DNA of 11,073 nt from a virus. Its lineage: Duplodnaviria; Heunggongvirae; Uroviricota; Caudoviricetes. The stretch is taken from positions 111,108 to 122,180 of the IMG/VR virus record IMGVR_UViG_3300033069_001366; one strand, written 5' to 3'. The number at the start of each line of letters is the position of its first letter. Positions within the stretch are counted from its first letter, which is position 1. Below are positions 6,588 through 11,073 of the stretch, one piece after another. The translations under genes were made by a program, and so were the position numbers. A model generated the notes under the pieces. It ran no database searches. It was not told where the DNA came from and saw nothing but the letters and a program-made list of their open reading frames with translations.

Positions 6588-6604
6588 GGAAACTTAGAGT
6601 TCAT

Positions 6605-7792
6605 ATGAAAAAGTATCTGAAAATCGTGAACAATGGTCTCATGCACAATGAAGATCTTACTCTTGTTGGTTCTTCTACTAAGAGAGGAGCATCTGACAAG
6701 ATTGGACAGTATGGTTCAGGGAATAAGTTTGCTCTGGCTTATTACCTAAGGAATGACATTCTTCCTATTATTTACAGTGGTAAAAGGAGGATAGACATTG
6801 ACTGCGAAATTGTTCTCCACCGTGATTCACCTATTCGTGTTCTTACTGTTGATGGACAAAAGACATCCATTACTGCAGGAATGGGTGAGTTGGATTGGAA
6901 AGCATGGATGGCATTGAGGGAAACTGTCTCCAATGCTATTGATGAAGGAGGGTTTGAAATGACCACATGCTTCTATAATGATGAGAATCAATTGGAGTAT
7001 TGTGATGATAAAACCACAATTTACATTCCTTTGTCAAAAGAAATCTCTGACATCGTGATTAACTGGGATCATTACTTTGCATTTGACAGGAAGCATGACT
7101 ATGCAAATGAAGTGGGAAGAATATTCTTCAAGAATGAACCTTCTCCTTATAATGTATACAGAAAGGGGATACGCTGCTATGACAGTGATGTAAAGAGATT
7201 ATTTGATATTGACTTTAACAATATTGAAATAAATGAGTCAAGGGTTACCAGCAGCGCCTACATTAGCAACTATTTCAGAAAATTCATGGCAAAAATAGAT
7301 GATGAGGGTATATTCATAAGAGTAATTAAGAGTGTACCTATTGACTTTTTCTGTGCTAATATTCCCAATATAGGATATGCAGCGTTTAAAAATGCTGTAA
7401 GTGAAGGTATAGAGTTTGTACCTGCATTTGCCAAAGAATTGATTGGATCATTATTTATTGGAAAGTCGATTGTTATACCTGATGAATGGTATGATGATTT
7501 AAAGTCAAGAGGTATAATCGTAGGTAAAGAGGAATTGAGTAAAACAGGAAATTTTGTCTTTACAAGGCTTGACAATATGAATATAGCTAAGATAAAGTAT
7601 TACCTCAAGTCAGTGAACTGTAAATTGGATGTGAGAACAGGTAAAATCTTGAAAGGTTCATATATAGAAGTACACAATGGAATTGCATACGTTGATGAGG
7701 ATAATGCAAAGTTTTACACCGAGAAAGAAATTGCCAGAGATATTGTGTATAATATGAATAAAGTTGATCTTCTGGAACTGTTTCTTGACTAA
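6605..7792 (+). CDS. GHKL (HATPase_c-like) ATPase-domain protein
   Basis: NNG, GSSTK...IGQYGSGNK and LRETVSNAIDEGG motifs. The start at 6605 is preferred over 6527, which would run through the RNA element. Confidence 0.8.
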   Translation: MKKYLKIVNNGLMHNEDLTLVGSSTKRGASDKIGQYGSGNKFALAYYLRNDILPIIYSGKRRIDIDCEIVLHRDSPIRVLTVDGQKTSITAGMGELDWKAWMALRETVSNAIDEGGFEMTTCFYNDENQLEYCDDKTTIYIPLSKEISDIVINWDHYFAFDRKHDYANEVGRIFFKNEPSPYNVYRKGIRCYDSDVKRLFDIDFNNIEINESRVTSSAYISNYFRKFMAKIDDEGIFIRVIKSVPIDFFCANIPNIGYAAFKNAVSEGIEFVPAFAKELIGSLFIGKSIVIPDEWYDDLKSRGIIVGKEELSKTGNFVFTRLDNMNIAKIKYYLKSVNCKLDVRTGKILKGSYIEVHNGIAYVDEDNAKFYTEKEIARDIVYNMNKVDLLELFLD

Positions 7793-7856
7793 TAATATGT
7801 TGGCTAGACCAATACTTGTGGTGATGTAGGTGAAAATCCTGAACCATAACATATTA
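7793..7856 (+). ncRNA. Three-way RNA element with T-loop variant (element 4)
   Basis: TAATATGTT/AACATATTA outer stem starting right after the stop; arm GTGGT/ACCAT plus AGG-TGAAAAT-CCT. Confidence 0.5.
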
Positions 7857-7895
7857 CCAATATCCACCAAATGTTCTATGGAAAACAATGGTCCA

Positions 7896-7918
7896 ACTAA
7901 AAAACAGCCTAGGAACTG
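7896..7918 (+). repeat. 23-nt intergenic repeat, copy 2
   Basis: ACTAAAAAACAGCCTAGGAACTG, ending 17 nt before ATG 7936. Confidence 0.85.
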
Positions 7919-7935
7919 TGGACTCATGAATTATT

Positions 7936-8367
7936 ATGAAAGCTCTTAAGAATCTCAAAGAGATGCCAAATGCTGAGTTTGTATTCAAAACTGTCATTAA
8001 GGACCCAGTATCCATTAATGAAAAGGGTGATGAAACTCAGAACTACAGGTTCATTCTTGAAACTGAACTTGAAGTGAGGGGTATTTCTCCTATCTACAAT
8101 CCTGATGACAGGATGGCTACTCCTAAGTATGATCAAGTCTTTACTACAGAGATAAGGGTTAATGGAGACCTGTTGGAGAGTATTCCAGAGAGTGAGTTTG
8201 ATCTTACCAATGAGGATGATATTCGTGATGGTGGTACTTACAAAGGTAAGTGCTACTTGGATATCTCAGCTTCAGGTGAGGTATGGCTCACCAAGACAAG
8301 GCTCAGTGACTATGCAAAGACCTCAAGGATGGACAGGGGAAGAGAAAGGTGGAGGAGGATTAACTAG
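7936..8367 (+). CDS. Hypothetical protein, apparent paralog of 8488..9006
   Basis: 143 aa; shares VRG, GxYxG..LD..A...EVW and an Arg-rich tail with the next gene. Confidence 0.85.
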   Translation: MKALKNLKEMPNAEFVFKTVIKDPVSINEKGDETQNYRFILETELEVRGISPIYNPDDRMATPKYDQVFTTEIRVNGDLLESIPESEFDLTNEDDIRDGGTYKGKCYLDISASGEVWLTKTRLSDYAKTSRMDRGRERWRRIN

Positions 8368-8380
8368 TCCTGTAGTTAAT

Positions 8381-8418
8381 AGGGAGGCACACAATATGTG
8401 TGCTTCCTTATTTTTTTT
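8381..8418 (+). terminator. Rho-independent terminator
   Basis: AGGGAGGCACACA-ATA-TGTGTGCTTCCTT stem followed by T8. Confidence 0.85.
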
Positions 8419-8487
8419 ATGCCTTCACAAACCAACTGTGTATAGTGTCGAGTTATTTAATTATTTAACGATTTAAAACTTTAGCGT

Positions 8488-9006
8488 ATGCGTAAAAGTA
8501 TCTTAGCTGCCATCAGTAAATTTGATAAGATGGAGCTTACATGGGATTCCTTTGTGAAAGTCCCCGACAGTGAGGGTGATGGTGCCACACTCATCCTGAA
8601 ACTCAGTGATCCTATTCCTTATGTAAGGGGTTCACAGGATGTGGAATTGGATGGAAAAATGATTCCTGTTGACCAACATGATGTGCAGGAAGTTAAAATC
8701 CATACATCTACGATTAAGTCCCTGGAAGATAAGTACAATGAAAAGTACGATGCTTTAGTGGCTGCTGGAAAAGAGCAAGAGGCAGAGAAACTTGAGCCTG
8801 AAATGTACTTCGATGAAGACAAAACAGGTGGTTACTCTGGTGAAAACCTCATTTTGGATGTGGCTGCAAGGACAAGGGAAGTATGGTTTAAACTTCCAAA
8901 TGATTCCTTCAAGAATGCATCCACGTCTTATCGCAACCAACGCAGGTTGGAACAAAGGCGTACCGTGTATGGTGGTGCCATTTCTTCCAGGAAGGTTACT
9001 GGATAA
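8488..9006 (+). CDS. Hypothetical protein, apparent paralog of 7936..8367
   Basis: 172 aa with an acidic body and basic C-terminus. Confidence 0.85.
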   Translation: MRKSILAAISKFDKMELTWDSFVKVPDSEGDGATLILKLSDPIPYVRGSQDVELDGKMIPVDQHDVQEVKIHTSTIKSLEDKYNEKYDALVAAGKEQEAEKLEPEMYFDEDKTGGYSGENLILDVAARTREVWFKLPNDSFKNASTSYRNQRRLEQRRTVYGGAISSRKVTG

Positions 9007-9012
9007 GTAAAA

Positions 9013-9028
9013 ACAGTTCCTAGGCTGT
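9013..9028 (-). repeat. Inverted copy of the repeat core
   Basis: ACAGTTCCTAGGCTGT is the exact reverse complement of 7904-7919 (ACAGCCTAGGAACTGT). Confidence 0.8.
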
Positions 9029-9030
9029 AA

Positions 9031-9068
9031 GGGGAGAGAGTTGTAATGACTCTCTTCCTCTTTTTATT
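9031..9068 (+). terminator. Rho-independent terminator
   Basis: GGGGAGAGAGTT-GTAAT-GACTCTCTTCCT stem followed by C-TTTTTATT. Confidence 0.8.
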
Positions 9069-9089
9069 AAACCCTCTAAATCTTATAAC

Positions 9090-9269
9090 ATGCTGGCAAT
9101 CAAAGGATTAATCCCTGTCTTTGATGGGGAGGTAAAGAAAGAAGTATTTGTAGAGAACTCCTTCAAAAAGGGAGATCGAAACTACATACGGTTCAAGGAT
9201 GAGCACAATGTATCCAAAGTTGCTATATTCTCTAAGAGTAAACAACAATGGAAAGTTGTGGCTTATTAA
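9090..9269 (+). CDS. Hypothetical protein (59 aa, not in ORF track)
   Basis: MLAIKGLIPVFDGEVKKEVFVENSFKKGDRNYIRFKDEHNVSKVAIFSKSKQQWKVVAY. Confidence 0.65.
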   Translation: MLAIKGLIPVFDGEVKKEVFVENSFKKGDRNYIRFKDEHNVSKVAIFSKSKQQWKVVAY

Positions 9270-9362
9270 TTTCTTCCCCTGTAAAATCTACAGGGAAATT
9301 GGTCTCATACAACCTTCAAAAAATAATCAAAAGAAAGGAGTTTTCTTTGCTGATAATTATTT

Positions 9363-9434
9363 GGCCTTGTAGTTCAAGGGATAGAACGGGAGTTTTCTAA
9401 ACTCTTAATATAGGTTCGAGTCCTATCGGGGCTA
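9363..9434 (+). tRNA. tRNA-Arg (anticodon UCU)
   Basis: Full cloverleaf: GGCCTTG/CGGGGCT acceptor, GTTC/GAAC D-stem, GGAGT-TTTCTAA-ACTCT anticodon arm, ATAGG-TTCGAGT-CCTAT T-arm. CCA not encoded (A-CTA). Confidence 0.9.
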
Positions 9435-9468
9435 CTACCCCATTTTTAGGGGTTATATGTGAAAAAAC

Positions 9469-9499
9469 AGGGATGTGTTTCTACACTGTCCCTCTTTTT
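9469..9499 (+). terminator. Rho-independent terminator after the tRNA
   Basis: AGGGATGTGT-TTCT-ACAC(T)GTCCCT stem followed by CTTTTT. Confidence 0.7.
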
Positions 9500-9551
9500 A
9501 AAACTTCGTCTATAGGTAACCTGTTAGGTATGTATACGAAGTAAAAAAACG

Positions 9552-9570
9552 TAAAGTATTGATAATCAAT
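9552..9570 (-). repeat. TAAN3ATTGAWAATCAA repeat / IHF-consensus site, copy 1
   Basis: Minus strand TATCAATACTTTA is an exact WATCAANNNNTTR match; contains the palindrome ATTGATAATCAAT. Confidence 0.55.
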
Positions 9571-9640
9571 CAACTAATTGAATTTGGACTCTTAGGAAAA
9601 TCAAATTGGATAGGATAAAAACCGTTAGTATCCTATTTTA

Positions 9641-9659
9641 TAATGCATTGATAATCAAT
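9641..9659 (-). repeat. Same repeat / IHF-consensus site, copy 2
   Basis: Minus strand TATCAATGCATTA is an exact match; identical 13-mer palindrome. Confidence 0.55.
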
Positions 9660-9754
9660 TGTTTTATGCTTTACTGTTAGTTTTTTATTGATATTCGATA
9701 AATTTTTATTGAATAAGGATGAAAAGAGGGTGCATTTTCCCCTCAAGAAAAACA

Positions 9755-9773
9755 TAACTCATTGAAAATCAAC
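9755..9773 (-). repeat. Same repeat, copy 3 (one mismatch to IHF consensus)
   Basis: AACATAACTCATTGAAAATCAAC versus AACGTAAAGTATTGATAATCAAT, 17/23 identical. Confidence 0.45.
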
Positions 9774-9820
9774 ACAATTCACAAAATTGCTCAACCGCAC
9801 TATATACTAAATCAAAACAT

Positions 9821-10156
9821 ATGTACATTGCTATTGTGGTCTTTATATTTCTTCTCTGCGAGTTAGTTACAACTATTCAGTTTAATCTTTGGTATCCTAT
9901 TAGAGCTTCTGGTTTAGAACTTCTAGAAAAAGAACTCGAAAATGTTGCTCCTGGAGAAAAAGGTTCCCCTATCTATCTATATAAAAGAACTGTCTTAGAA
10001 GCTAGCGTACTTGAAGAGACATACTCTTTAGTCTTTCCATATGCTGTACTTTCTTCAGATGGTTTGACTTATAGTATCTTGAGATATTCCAAGGCATATT
10101 ATATAGTTAGACAGAAATTCTATTCCCCAAAACCTAAAAGAGTCAAATTCAAATGA
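9821..10156 (+). CDS. Hypothetical protein with N-terminal TM/signal anchor
   Basis: 111 aa, hydrophobic N-terminus, stop overlaps the next ATG. Confidence 0.75.
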   Translation: MYIAIVVFIFLLCELVTTIQFNLWYPIRASGLELLEKELENVAPGEKGSPIYLYKRTVLEASVLEETYSLVFPYAVLSSDGLTYSILRYSKAYYIVRQKFYSPKPKRVKFK

Positions 10157-10425
10157 AAGAATTACCTAATTTCTGTACAGAGCTATTTCCCAATGAGGAA
10201 GAATTTGAGAAAGCTGCTAATTATGCTAGAGCTAAAAGATTGCCAGTATTTTTTGGTACATCAAAAGCTTCTTTTAGAGCTGGTTATAAAAGACTACATG
10301 TTGATGGTGGAGAGATATGTGGGTATAGAGATCATATTGATCTTAGTAAACAACTCATATCTATTTCTGAATTCTACGAAATGGTTGATAGTTTAACTGC
10401 ACTTCCAAATTACTATTTATTATAA
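10153..10425 (+). CDS. Hypothetical protein
   Basis: 90 aa ORF whose start overlaps the upstream stop. Confidence 0.75.
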   Translation: MKELPNFCTELFPNEEEFEKAANYARAKRLPVFFGTSKASFRAGYKRLHVDGGEICGYRDHIDLSKQLISISEFYEMVDSLTALPNYYLL

Positions 10426-10446
10426 ACCCTTAAAATTCAAAAAGTT

Positions 10447-10956
10447 ATGACTGGTCGTATTCAAAGAGCAATTGATACATTCCTTGACGCTGTTAACAAT
10501 GGCACATTGGTTAAAGGTACTTGTACAGCTTGTGCCGTAGGTAACCTTGTAGCAAAAGGTATGGGTGGAACAATTAGTAAATTTGGTAATACCCTTATTT
10601 GTAATAAAACAAATCAAATATGGGGTCATTTGTTTTCCACTACAGCAAACTATCAAACTCCTTCACCTTTTTTAAGTTTTATTCGTGATGATCCTGAGAT
10701 GTGGGAAAAAATTATAGAGAATATTGAAGCTACGGAATTTACAGAAGAAGAGTTGAAAAAGATCGAATATGCTTTTGAAACAAATACTTCAATTTATTAT
10801 AAGGAGTATAAGAATTACACTGCTGGAGAAATTCGTGCTGACCAGATACGTGGCTTAGAAGCTGTAGTAAAGGTTATGCTTGAGTTTGATAAGCAATCTG
10901 ACAAAGTAGCAGAGGTATTTACTGAAAAAGCATTACTCATACCTATCAACTCCTAA
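10447..10956 (+). CDS. Hypothetical phage protein (GTCTACAVGN motif)
   Basis: 169 aa ORF with a CxxC-containing N-terminal motif. Confidence 0.85.
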   Translation: MTGRIQRAIDTFLDAVNNGTLVKGTCTACAVGNLVAKGMGGTISKFGNTLICNKTNQIWGHLFSTTANYQTPSPFLSFIRDDPEMWEKIIENIEATEFTEEELKKIEYAFETNTSIYYKEYKNYTAGEIRADQIRGLEAVVKVMLEFDKQSDKVAEVFTEKALLIPINS

Positions 10957-10958
10957 AC

Positions 10959-11073
10959 ATGGTAAAAAATCTTAATTTTAGAAAAAAAGAAGACAGGCAC
11001 ATATTCTACAAATCCTTACTTAAACAGGTTTGTAATGATCCTGATGTTAGATATGGTTTATGTGTTGCAATTC
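10959..11073 (+). CDS. Hypothetical protein, N-terminal part
   Basis: MVKNLNFRKKEDRHIFYKSLLKQVCNDPDVRYGLCVAI..., open to the window end; starts 2 nt after the previous stop. Confidence 0.65.
   Translation, partial: MVKNLNFRKKEDRHIFYKSLLKQVCNDPDVRYGLCVAI

Noticed and set aside
6527-6604. GTG start and 26 aa N-terminal extension of the GHKL gene
   Set aside because: It would translate through T-arm element 3 and the repeat; ATG 6605 matches the 17-nt spacing seen at 7936.
5536-8955. Minus-strand ORFs 5536..5721, 6002..6301, 6772..6966, 7270..7575, 7605..7847, 7658..7927, 7924..8136, 8619..8822 and 8755..8955
   Set aside because: Antisense to the continuous plus-strand operon; typical shadow composition.
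6565-9028. Repeats as a CRISPR or mini-array
   Set aside because: Copies are more than 1 kb apart, separated by genes, and one is inverted; no spacer periodicity.
9435-9499. Theta/HDV-like ribozyme after the tRNA
   Set aside because: No nested double pseudoknot pattern visible; only a small hairpin and a terminator.
8162-10656. Alternate-frame ORFs 8162..8476, 8792..9010 and 10193..10396 (plus) and 10420..10656 (minus)
   Set aside because: They overlap better genes, and 8162..8476 would run through a terminator.
1-11073. Stop-codon reassignment as in some crAss-like phages
   Set aside because: Genes tile both arms densely under code 11, and TAG and TGA are used as genuine stops at gene boundaries.

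Overview
AT-rich fragment of a tailed-phage (or prophage) genome, most likely infecting Bacteroidota. This is inferred from dense small ORFans, phoH, a WDGH-type protein, a TAnnTTTG promoter box and A-rich, SD-less leaders. It reads with standard code 11. The minus-strand arm (1-4194) carries a partial SAM methyltransferase, a YegP/DUF1508-like protein, small membrane proteins, a spanin-like protein, a secreted archaemetzincin-like protease, a small gene with a strong -1 frameshift signal, PhoH and a WDGH-type protein. After a divergent intergenic region (4195-4462), a GC-richer plus-strand block (4463-9499) has structured RNA in many intergenic gaps. These include a type III hammerhead ribozyme, three 45-48 nt tRNA-like acceptor/T-arm elements starting within 3 nt of, or overlapping, stop codons, a fourth T-loop variant, a 23-nt repeat exactly 17 nt before two start codons, terminators and tRNA-Arg(UCU). 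A noncoding stretch with IHF-consensus repeats and four more hypothetical genes follow. All family assignments and folds were done by eye; no database searches were run.
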